64,000 bases of DNA from Lama glama (Eukaryota): NCBI GenBank assembly GCA_028534125.1, contig CM052816.1:17796001-17860000 (forward strand). The letters are read 5' to 3'. Every line of letters begins with the position of its first letter. Within the stretch, counting starts at the first letter, position 1. This document shows positions 13,285 to 24,815 of the stretch, in pieces. The position numbers and the translations under genes are program-made. The notes beneath the pieces were generated by a model. That model was not told the DNA's origin and made no database searches. It was given only the letters and a program-made list of their open reading frames with translations.

Positions 13285-13520
13285 TGGTTGAGAGTTTATC
13301 CAGTGAAGCCGGATGGCATTGGCTCAAATCCTGGTTTGGGTTTGTAGCTCTGTGGCCTTGAACAAGTCATGAAACCCCTGGTTGTCCCCATTCCCTTGTC
13401 TACAAAAGAGGATGATGCTACCTGCCTGTAAGAGTTTTTGCAGGGGTTAAATTAGTTATCACGGATTGCATTCCTAGGTCAGTCCATGGCACATAGAAAA
13501 GCCATTTATCGATATCAGTT
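13285..13520 (+). mobile_element. MIR SINE
   Basis: ggctcaaatcctgg...tgtggccttgaacaagtca...ggcacatagaaaagc. Confidence 0.7.
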
Positions 13521-15363
13521 GCCCCTCCCCAAAGAAGCCTAAGTGTCCTTGTCTGGAAAGCTAGTCCTCCCTGTGGTTCCAACACTTTTATATCACATTT
13601 TTCATTTTCTTCCTGAGGTCTTTTCTGCCTCTTTCTCCCACGTTGGCGGGAGGCTTCATGGTCTCGGCGGTGGGGGTGGGGGTGAAGGTGGAAGGCACCT
13701 TTCGTTGAGGGCTTTCTCCATAGTGGGCGCTGGCCAGCATGAGGGAGGGTTCTGTTACTCACTTTTGATGCCGTGGCAGCGCCCACCGTGGTAGGTGCTG
13801 CAGCTGTTGGTGTGAAGTGGTGCTGAGGTCCATTTCCATTCGTTCTGTCCACTTGTCGTGAGTGTGAGGCCCAGCAGCTTTGGGCATGGCTGTGTTGCTG
13901 TTGGTGGACTCAGGGTGGACCTGAGTGTAAGGCCATCAGAATGGCCTTACAGAGCTGGTGAGGAGGCAGTAGGAAATGGATGAAGACTTGCACAGCTTTG
14001 CAGGTGGGAGTGTTTTTTGCACGCTCACTCCTCTCCCTGTCTCGCCGCGACATCACCTCATCCTCCCTCCACTGTTCATTCAGTCATTCATTCATCACAC
14101 GCTTGCTGAGGCCGTCTTGTACACTCGACATGTGTAGAGATGCTGAGGCAGGTGAGCTGGCTGCACTTTCTAGAGCCAGAGGAGCTTTCCTGGTATTTCT
14201 GAGCCAGGTTTAAGTAGCTCTGAGACAGGGCTCTTTTGGAGGTCTCAGTGACCAGCTGCATTTTTGCTGGCCTGATACCTTTACTGGAAGGGCTGGGCAG
14301 AAATGTGACCCTGACCAAGTCTGCTGGATGCACATGGGGAGTAGATAACTGGGCTCGGGCCTGCTCCTGCCTGGAAGGCGGCCCACTTTAAGGAATTAAA
14401 CAAAGGTAGCCCCACTCCTCACAAGGCCAGGGGCCAAAGTCTGCTCCAGAATCTCTCTGGGGGTCAGTGTCACGTCCCAGCCCCTCCGCACGCACCGCTG
14501 ACCACACAGACACCAGTGCCCATTCCACATCGAGCATCTGCCCTGTGTTACCCACTGTGCTATGTGAACATGATGTGATCTTGCTAAATTCTCGTGCTGA
14601 TCCTATGAGATGGGCTCTAGTGTTAAACCCCTTCTTGAGATACTGAAGTAGGTCAGACGCAGCTATTAATGCTCCTGTGGTCCCTCACCAACTAAGCGAG
14701 GAGCCAGGCTTCCCCCCAACATCACCCTGACAACTCGCCATGTCCAGACAGACACAATTCCCACACTGCTCAAGGCAGTACAACACAACTGCCCAATTCA
14801 GCCTAATCTAGGAGGGGCAGAATTCAGTCAGAACTGGCAAGGAAACTGGATTTTAATCATACCTATTTTAAAAGAATTTTTTGTCTTTAACTTTCAAGAA
14901 ATACTATGGCTGCAGTGTAGAAGGTCTATTAATCTTGCCTTGGCAAATGCCTACAGATAATGGCATGGGCTGGCTCATCAATTTCTTAGATACAGCTGTG
15001 CTGCTGTGATAATTTGTTTTCAACTGTCACAAGCCGCCCCTTTTCCTGAGTAGAGAAAATGGTCCTTTGGCAGTTGTGTCTGCATTCATCCCTGCCCTTC
15101 AGCAGAGCTTTCCTTTCCCCTCCTGGTGATGGGATCGACCCAGCATGGCACTTCCCAGAGCTCTGAACAGATGCCTGGGTGTTTGGGGTGCAGTGGAGGG
15201 CTGGTTCTCCATGGACCACAGAACACCCCACTGACGCTGCCTCTGCGTGGTGTCATCCCAAGTGCCTCGCTCAGAAGTGGTTGTCATGGGAACCTGTTTT
15301 CTTGTTTGTTTGTTTTGGCTTGGATAGAAGTCATTATTTTATTACAGCCACGTGGAAAGGGTG

Positions 15364-15429
15364 GAGAGCCCGCCCACCCGTGGAAGAGAGCCCGCCCACC
15401 CATGGAAAACAGCCCGCCCACCCATGGAA
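15364..15429. repeat. 22-bp minisatellite, 3 copies
   Basis: gagagcccgcccacccgtggaa / gagagcccgcccacccatggaa / aacagcccgcccacccatggaa. Confidence 0.95.
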
Positions 15430-16539
15430 AAACGAGCAGAGCATGTGACTGAGCGGTTTCAGGGGTCCCGGCAGACAGCTGGAGGCTGAGGATGGGGCGG
15501 GCCACGGGCTCCCTCAGGAAGGACCCTGTCCACACCACTCCATTAGTGTGTCAGATACACAGAGGGCTTCTTTCATATGCCTTGGGTGCTGACAGCACTG
15601 ACGGCTCCCTGAGTCTAGTCTCCTTGGTGACTCACCTCTCCCTCTCTCCTGCTTCCCCCCCCCCCCAGATTTCTCTGTACTGTTGGGAAGTGCTCCTGCA
15701 GGGAGGGAAGGAGGGTTCCTGAGGTTACTTGGTTTTCACAGCCCACAGCTTTCCCTGATTGCATGTTTTGTGGGTCCACATTTTTATCCCTGTAGCTGTC
15801 ATTTTTCTTGACCTGCTATTTCAGTCACTCAGAACAGTATTACTGTATTGCTTTGGAATTTCTCAGGCTTTTTTCCTTCATGAACTTTCTGTCAACCTAG
15901 GGAGAATCAGAGCTGATGAGAAGCGTGGAGAACCACAGCTGACCCCACCCAGCCTCTCACTGGGAGGCAGGGCCTGGCTCTCGGGATGTGCGGTCAGCCC
16001 TGACAGCCCCGGGTGAAGCAGTTTTGTCCTCAGTTTTACAGATGAAGAAACCTACACAGTTTGGGTCTTCTGTCAGTACCTGAAGAGTGTGAAGTACTAA
16101 ACTTTGCTGGTTAGTGGCAGTGAATCGCGGTAGCACGGTGCATTTATAGGTGCCTTTTGAGTGGCCAACTAGAGCTTTTCCTTGATTGACATATCACGTT
16201 CAACGGCTCCTGATTCTCCTCTTCCCCCGGGCCTCCCCTCATTGGCTGGGACGCTACCCCACATCCAGGGGCTCGGGCCCCAAACTGTGGCCTAGAAAGG
16301 TGGCTGTGTTCCGAGCACCACAGGAGGGTGTCAACCTCACCTGGGCAGCCAGGGAGGGCCCCGTGAGATGTTAGCTGAGGTGTGTCAGAGAAATGGGAAG
16401 GGTGCCCGGAGGAGAAAGCAGTGTAGGCAAAAGCACGGACACAGGGGTCCAGCCCTGGTTGCTGGGCTCCCCCTTCACACACCTGTAGTGAACCCCACTC
16501 ATCTTCCCGCCCTCAGCCCCTACCTCACTCCCTCAGGAG

Positions 16540-16790
16540 TGCCTTCCCAGATGCCCTCGGGCTGGTCAGGGCCGCTTGTTATAGGTCTCAGCAACACTAC
16601 TGTAGCTTTTATTCTTGGCTTTCACCGCAGGTACCATCTAATTTTGTATTTGTAAGATTATTTAACTAGCCTCTCTCTTCCCCAGTGAACTCTGAGCATC
16701 TGGGAGTTGGAGCCATATTTATTTTTGGCTGGGGCTCACACAGTGTCTGGCACAGAGAAATGAGTCAGTAGGCAGCTATGTATGGAAAGG
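16540..16790 (+). mobile_element. L2 3' end
   Basis: gtgaactctgagcatctgggagttggagccatatt...cacagtgtctggcacagag. Confidence 0.6.
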
Positions 16791-19700
16791 CTGTGGGTGG
16801 GGACAGGGGAGAGAGGGGGCGAGGAAGGTGAGCAGGGACAGATCAGGAAGGCCTTTGTGTGGCCCTCTGTGGCACTTGGCAGGAAAATAATGAAAACGTG
16901 AGTTGATCATGTCTATAAAGACCGATACGATTGAGCGCTGTGAGATTTCTATTTTGTCTCAGTGGATGGAGTAGCTTTGTGAGCAAATATAATAAAGAAT
17001 CTCTTAGGACAGGTGAACTTCCATATGCAAAGAGCTTTCAGTCTTGGAGAAAGTGGTTTATGAACTTAGGTTCACTGTTCCTCAGGTGTGCACCACCACA
17101 CTGGGCTTTGTGTCCCGGGAATGACGGACGTGAACAATTCAAGGCCCCTGCCTGCAGGCGCTCTCTGTTGGGGGCTCAGAGCGGACCCATGATTCTTCAA
17201 CAGTGAGCAAACTTGGATTGCTGAGGCGGAGGGAAGCTCAGAGAGCCTGGGAGCCAAGGGGAGCCAGCAGTTAAATTAAACCTGGCTGTGCACAGAACTG
17301 TTATTTTTATTTGGCCTTACCCAGAAACCAAACCTGAATGTAGGGGCTGCCGGCAGGCACATCTCTCGGTGGAAATGTGCACGGGGTTTTTCCGAGTACA
17401 GCCTGGGCCATTTAGCTGCCTGGAGTTGATGCTGTTTTATGAAGGGGTTGTTTCTCAGCTGCAGCCAGGGCAAGGGTTTTAGCTTTTCAGTTTAGTGTCA
17501 CCCTTGGGAGTCTCTTCTGGGCCTGTCTGGACACTGTTTTGCTAGAGCTGTTACTTTATATCCCTGGCAACCTACTCCCTTGCCTAGCAAGCTAGTGTGC
17601 TCAGCAAATGTTGGTAGAAGGAAAAGATGGAGTAGACAAGGAATAGTCCTGGGAAAGAAGGAGGAGATAACCTCCAGGAGGCCAAGTTTGAGGGCAGAGT
17701 CCCTGGACACACAAAGAAGCAGATTTGTGAGATACCTCTTTGCACTCCATATGGCCGTCTTCACTCTGCGTCTCCCTTCCTGCCCCTCTGCTCCCCTGTG
17801 CCTCTTGGCCCCTGAACACAGAAGCAGGGAAAGGGAACCTGTGACCCAATTTCCATTGCTCTCGGGATGCCTTTTTCCCCTGGGCCTGGCTCAGTTCCAA
17901 GGCTGTAGAAGCTCATGAGGAGGTGGGGGAGGGGGGAGGCTGGAACCTGAAACTGAGCCAGTGAGGACCATAAGAAAGAGGAATTGCTTCATGACTACAG
18001 GCGCCTGAGTCTCAGGAGAATCACGCTGCATCTTGTCAAGGCCCCTTGCTTAGAAGCCTGGGGGAACAAAGGGATTTTTCCTTTGACAAAATCTCCCTAT
18101 TCTGTTTGTGCCATGACCTTCGTCGCTCCCAGCTTGGGGACTATGGAGCATTTGAGAGGTGCTTCATGCTTTCAAGATGATCCCATGTAGCAACTGAACT
18201 GGACTGATTCTCATCTTTGACTAACTTTGGCCAGCAAAAGGGCTTGCAGAGTTCTGGTCCCCATACTTGGCATGCGTGGAGATGCGTTGGACATGGTGCC
18301 TGTCCTGGAAGAGTTGGCAGTCTTAGCTGCTACTTACTTCTGCTGGCTGTGCAGCGAGCGGCACTGAACATGGAAATTCAAGTGTTCCCAGGCCCTTAAT
18401 GTCTGTGTGCCAGATGCCCGCAAGTACAGGGGGGAATGCCTGGGTATGGCTAGAGGCAGAGCCTGGAGGTGAGATGCTCTCCTGCAGACCAGGACAGGAG
18501 AGGCACACTGGAGAGGGTGGGGAGAACAGAGCAGGGATTCTTCTCTTTCTTTCCTTGTCTTGTGACTCCTGGAGGTGTTTGTTGGCTAATTGCTTCTCTG
18601 TGAGAAGTTTGGAAATTACACAGCAATTTTGTTGACAAAAGGATGAACTTCAAATTGCTGTTTTGCAAAAAATTGTTTTGTTCTCGAGGCAAGCTCCACC
18701 CTTTGTCATTGAAATAGAACCTTCAAACTAGCATACTGTCTCGCAGGAGAATTGCACGTTTTGTTAGAGAAAGTATTGCTCCCATTTCTCTTGTTCTAAA
18801 TGGTGGACCATCTCCACTTTGATTCCATCATTCCATTTCTCCATGGATTCTCATCTAAGTCAGCGAGCAAAAAATGTCTCGCATCCGGGTGTTAGATCCT
18901 GTGCTTATATCCCAGCCGATTATTTGGGGAGTGGAACACTCCAGCCTGCTGACGGCCTCTGTCCTATTCCTGGCTCGCTTCCAGGGTGTATTTATCTTTC
19001 CTTTCTTCCTTCCATCTCCAGCTGTGGAGTTTTCTTTTGTAGTTACAAAGCCCTCTAACCCTTGACTTCACAAAGCGTGTTTTGAAACTAAGGTTTTTAA
19101 AAGCCTACCCTCAATTTCTGCACCTACTTTGTTACTAAAAATTAGTGAAGGTTTGGAGATTTTTGTCTCAGTATGAGTTGATGCATCTAATGGGACTTGG
19201 AGGTTGAGCAGACGTCCAGGTTCAATGGAGAATGCTTCCTTTCTGAGGCTTCATCTGCTTTGTATGGCTTCCTGAAGTCAGCCCCTGGTTTTCTTGGTGA
19301 CTCAAGTCACAAGCAGGTCTGGCTGGGTGACGTCACTAAGAAGGCACTGAGAGACAGCAGCGCAGCCCTCCGGATCCTGGGTGTGCAGGAGCTCTTGTTG
19401 GTGTCCTCCTGCCCTCTGGTCAGGGGCATGAAGGCCCTCGGCTGTCACGTTGTGGCAGGCGTGGGAGAGAGGGGAGGGTGGTCACATCGTGGAAATTAAC
19501 ACGTTGGCCTCTAGGGTTAGTGCATTCAGTATGAGATATCAGCTCTCCCTTCAGTTTTGAGTCTGAAAGCCTAAAGGCATTTCTCCTTGCCTTCCCCAGC
19601 TACCTAGAGAATTAGAAGACGCTGTTGAGACAGGGTGGCTCTAAGGGTTTTTGGTTTTGTGTTCTTCCAGTTTGAAGCAGAGGGAGTGTCAAAGACTCTG

Positions 19701-21409
19701 ATGCTCTTGGGCAGGGACAGGGGAGGGATGGGAGGCCAGGGAAGGGTGGCGATGGGTTGGCTCTGTTGGGAACACACCCTCCCCTCCTCTCCCTGTGCCT
19801 GCAGGTCTGTGCTACCTCCCCGTTTCTGTCCGCTCCCCAGTTCTCCAATGCATCCTGTTGGCCCTTGTCAGTGTCTTCCTGGTCTCCCCTCCTGGCACAT
19901 GAACTGGACCTCTCCTCTCCTTGAGCAAATGCAGCAGCTGCTTCTTACTCCTCACAATAAGATGAGGCTGCAATTTAAATTCTAAGCCTCCTTCCTAATC
20001 TCTTTCTTTGCTCCTGGTCTCCCACGTGCCTCCTTCTTTCCACATCCTCAGAAGCTTGCACCAAGTTGCAAGGCCACCCAGAAGACTTCTCCCCACTAGG
20101 TGTTCTGTCTCTCAAACCTCACAGAGCTTAAGGTTACTTGCCATGGTCCACCATGTAATGGCGGCCAATTTGGTGTAACATGCTGGTCGTTTCATTTGTT
20201 AGTCTACTTGGAAACTCTCTGAGCGCAGGGGCCATGACCCTGCCACTTGTTTGTATATCTCTCAACACATAGTCCTCCCAAAACAAAAATGCTTGGCCTG
20301 ACAAACTAAGGGCATCCCGAGAGATGGGGGTGATGGTGGGTAAGAAGAGAGGTGAGAGGATTAGCACACTTTCTCCACGAGGTTGATAGGTCTGACATCC
20401 TAATACCATTAATTTTAATTTTTATTTATAAATGCCTTGGAGCAAGCTGATCAGGCGATTTATATCCAAAAGTAGAAGTGAGCCCATCTAGCAGACAGAT
20501 ACTACTCATTTTTCAAATCCATGAGAGACTGCTGAGGAAATGAAAAACATGCCACCCACTCACATGGATAAAACCAGTGGGGTTAGGAAGTTAAATTTTC
20601 CTCATAAATATGCAGGGGGCAGGGACCTGACTTCAGATGCAAAACACTGCTTGGGGAGACTTCAGTCATATTCCCTGGGAGGCTTTGTAGAAATAGAAGA
20701 CGTAGCCCCTCCCCGGAGAGGAATCCGCATCAGCCTTGAGGTAGGATGCTCTGTCGGCTCGTGAAGGCTCAGTGTACTTGAGTTGGAGGGAATCCTAGAA
20801 CCCAGCTCTTCCAGCCTCTCCTGGTTCCCACTCCCACCCTCTAACAACGTTGACAGGTGTGGAAACTGAGACCCGCGAAGTCAGGTTATTGCCCGAGCAG
20901 AGTCTCGAAGCTGTTACCTGACTTCCACCCCAGAGCTTTTTATGGGAGGGTGGCAGACGCTTCTGGGCACCAGTAAGCTTAGAAATCCTGGGTGGGAGGT
21001 TCCACTTAAATAGAGCTACTCATGTGTTTCCCCAGATCACAGAGGTGTTTTTTTTCACCTCTTTTTCTGCCTGTTTCCTGACCTCCTTTTGGAGATGTCT
21101 CAGTGTTCTCCCTCCCGTGTGGCTTGGGGAGACCTCTCTGGGCCCCTGTGAGATCCAGCTGGTGCTGCGCTTCTGTCTCTAGCCTCTCCTGCATGTCGGT
21201 CACAGTGCTCCCCGGGCCCCCTGCCCTGACACACAAGCCGTGCCATTCAGTGAGAGAGAAGCAAAATCTCCAGTCCTCCCTGCCATCCTGGGGCCTAAGG
21301 ATGCAGGGATTTTGAGGATGGGAGATCTCGGGGGAGATAACCTCTTTCAGGAGAACGTGATGACCTGGATGACAATATCAATGACAATGATGGGACTGAG
21401 GACAATAAA

Positions 21410-21570
21410 GATGAAATAGCTACTGTGTATTGAGTCCTGCCCCAGGCCAAGAGCTTGACCTCTGTTGTCTCACTTAGACATCTCACATGGTGGTTGGTCT
21501 CCGTTTTCTGGAGGAGGACGTGGGAGCTCAAAGAGGTGAGGTGATGTGTCTGAGTTCACGCGTCCAGGAC
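21410..21570 (-). mobile_element. MIR SINE
   Basis: atagctactgtgtattgagtcctgccccaggcc...gctcaaagaggtgaggtgatgtgtctgagttcac. Confidence 0.65.
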
Positions 21571-24239
21571 TTATCCGGACCTACTCAGGGTCTCTGGGGG
21601 GAGCGGAGGTCTGAGGGGGGAGCCCCGCACTGCTCAGCCCTTCTAGGCGCAGCCTGCAGATGTGACTCTTACCTGAGGGGAGAAGGTCACTCAGTGACCC
21701 TTCTGCCCTCTGGTCCTGCTGCAGGTAATCAGTGGAGATGGAAAGAAAAACAGACCATGCACTGCTGTCTTCATCATTTCTCTTTGGGAAGCTTTTCTCG
21801 GTGTATCCATATTATACTGCTTTAATTCATTTCAACAAATATCTACAAGGACTCCCCCAGCAGCTGGGGAGATGACAGCTTGTTCCACAATAAGAACATT
21901 TGATTAGTACTCAGAAAACATGACTCAGATCTCAGCTTTACTTGGTATTTTCCTGGTAACCTTGGACAGATCACACGAGTTCTCTGGGTCTCACTTTCTT
22001 CATCTGTCCAACAAAGCTAATGACGACAGAGGTGCTGCAGTGGTCTCTGCCCAGTTTCTGCACTTGGGTGGGGGCTGATGGGGACGAATAGCCCTTGACC
22101 CCTTATCACCTTTGGGCTGGTTTATTTTTTTCCTTACAAAGAAACTTTGTGGTTGGGCAGAGTGTGGGTGTGGGGAGAGATGGCGGAGAGGAGCAGAGGG
22201 GAGGAGCCAGGGGTTCGGGCAGTTCTTTGGGTCCTTAGTGGGGCTCAGGTGTCACCAGCTGTCGGGAAAGAGGTTAACCTGGGGAGAGGGCCTAGAGGAT
22301 GCAGAGGTCTTAGTGAGGAAGAGGGAGGAGGACCAGATGGGGAGTCCCTGTGCTGAACAATTTTATGAGCATTTCTATTTCATTTGCCTTAACTTTAGCA
22401 GCCCTTGATGTAGGCATTGTTACTGCATTCAGTCTATGGCTGGAAGAACCAGACTTTCCTAGAACGTGGCTGAACTGGGGTTAGACAGAGGTCTGTCTGA
22501 CTGCCCAGCCCTGAGGGGCACTGCCTTGTGGGAACAGGAAGGGAGGGGTTTGTGTTGGTGAAATGATTATTAGACGCAATTTTCCACCCATCAGATTGGC
22601 AAATATTTTAAGTACCAGGCTTGCTTACCTTGGAGGTTTGTTGTGAGGTTCAAATGACCTCATGGACCCAAACCTCGTGGATAGGTAGCAGTTATTGTCG
22701 TCATATTTCCATCATTGTCGTCATCATTGGACGTCTGCTTTTATCAGGGTGGACAGGGGTGGAATGAGCCATTTATTTCTGCCTTATCTTTCTTTGTTCC
22801 CTTGTGAAAGGTATGGTTCTCACTCCCCACTGGAGAGAGCACGAGTGCTCTCAGTGTTCACCAGGACCCCCACACCTCTTTCTCTAAGACTGTGTCCTCC
22901 CAGCCTTCTCATCAGTAGCCTCCTCCTCCTCCTGGTGTGGGAAAGCCGGGGGGAGGCCCGGCCAGCACTTGGCCCCCATTACAGATGGTGAGTTGGGTCA
23001 CTGTGCTGGAGCTGAGCTTTTGCCTGGGGAAGTGTCACTCTCCTGCCCCTGCCTCCAGATGCCTCAGAGCTGTGGTTTGTCGTGGCCCTAAATTTAAATC
23101 TTGGTTTTTCCTTTTTTGCATAACTTATGGGCCCTTTCTGATAGCTGCCGTTAGGTCCACTTCATAGGTCTGTCCTCGGTCGCCTGCCCTGTGTGTGTAG
23201 AGGGGTCAGGTGGGGCAGTTCTGGATGGTCTCAGAGGTGCCCCTTAGGGAACCCTCTGATCTGTGACCTCCTCGTGTGGTTTGTCACTCTGGGCCCTGAA
23301 AGTCCCTTCTGTTAGAGTCACCTGTTGGGTTGTCTCCTAGATACAAGGAAATTTTATTTTTTACACAAATTTTATTGCTTTGTTCTGATTAGAATTGTAA
23401 TAAATATAGAATGTGTGTGTGATGGTGGACAGTTAATGGGCCTGATATTAATCCCTTGTGTTCTGCAGATGGTGGGTCCCTAAAAGGGCCCCTTGCTTCC
23501 TTAGAGGGATATGAGTATGAGGATCCAGAGGAGAAACATCTGGAGCCAGTGAAGGGTGGCCTGGCCTGGAGAGCTGAAGGAGACGCTGGGTCAGCGGCAG
23601 GGGCAGAGGGACGTCTAGGGGAGACCAAAGCATCTATGATTTCCGGTTGCTTTAGGTGTGGGGCCCGTGATGTCACTTTCTCCTCTGTGGCCCTCCAGAG
23701 TCTTTAGCAGAACATTTGTGTTCACTAATGCTGCTCACAGAGAACTTCTTGTGGGAGAATCGGGGTGACAAGTGCCTTTCTAACAGTGGCTTCTCCATGT
23801 CCCCTTGGCCTGGTCCTGCTTCAACTGTTTCCATCCCTCAGGGACTCTCTGTGTCCCCACACCATCTGGGGGTTGGGGGGGTGCTCGAGCGAGACGGTGA
23901 GCCTCTGCCCTGCAGGAGTTCACAGCCTGGCAGGAAGGGGAGAGCGGCTGCCTCCGTGGCTCCGAGTTGAACAGGGAATTACAGCCCACGTGCTGCCCCA
24001 GCTTTGCCGACCCCTGGGCCCTCTGTAGCTTCAAGGTACACCTGTGTGCTCAGTGCCATCGTTACCAGGTAGTAGGGGGCAGAGCCGCCTGGTGGGGATG
24101 GAATTTATGACATTTTTGTGGATGACAAATGAAGTGACTCAAGGCCCCTGGGCACAGTCTCAGAAGTGGGATGGAGGGACTGTCACAGCCCAGCTGCCCG
24201 CATCAGTGTTGAGGGAGGGTGGTGGGCAGAGGGACCGAG

Positions 24240-24460
24240 CGCTGACCCTGTGCCAGGCATGGGGCTGAGCCCTGACCATAATTCTGGCTGATTCTCACAA
24301 CTTAAGGTGGCAGGTGCCACTATCACCCCCACTTTACGGATGCAGAAACTGAGCCTCAGGGGGTTACGTGAAGTGCTTAGGGTCATAGAGTGAGCAAGCC
24401 CAAGCTGGGATTTCAGTCTGGGTTTGTCTGTCCCCAGATTCTGTCGTCTCCATGACACTG
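24240..24460 (-). mobile_element. MIR SINE
   Basis: atcacccccactttacggatgcagaaactgagcctcagg...gtgcttagggtcatagag...ctgggatttcagtctgggtttgtctg. Confidence 0.85.
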
Positions 24461-24659
24461 CCTCATCCCTAGCCCCAGCAAGCTTCTTCCCTATCGTTGT
24501 TCACTCCTGCCAGCCTGGAGGGATGGCAGCCTGGCCCACCTCTGTGGACAGGCAGGGGGGAGATGTGTACCCAAGCATGGCCCGCGTTTCCCGCTCTCAC
24601 AAGCCCGTACTCAGGTCTGGCATTGTGCTAAGCGCTGTGTATGCATCGTTTCATACAAT

Positions 24660-24815
24660 ATTGATCTTTCCCAGTATCTGGCTTCCTCCTCTAGAATGTA
24701 AGCTTCAGGAGGACGGCGGGGGTGCCTGTTTTGTTCCCTGATGCATTCCTGGCACCTAGAACACTGCCTGGCACACAGTAGCTGCTCAGCAAACTTCAGT
24801 TGAATGAGTGAATTA
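24660..24815 (+). mobile_element. L2 3' end
   Basis: ctagaatgtaagcttcaggagg...cacctagaacactgcctggcacacagtagctgctcagcaaacttcagttgaatgagtgaat. Confidence 0.85.

Noticed and set aside
15364..15429. CRISPR-like repeat array
   Set aside because: Head-to-tail tandem units with no unique spacers, no cas genes, and a mammalian context.
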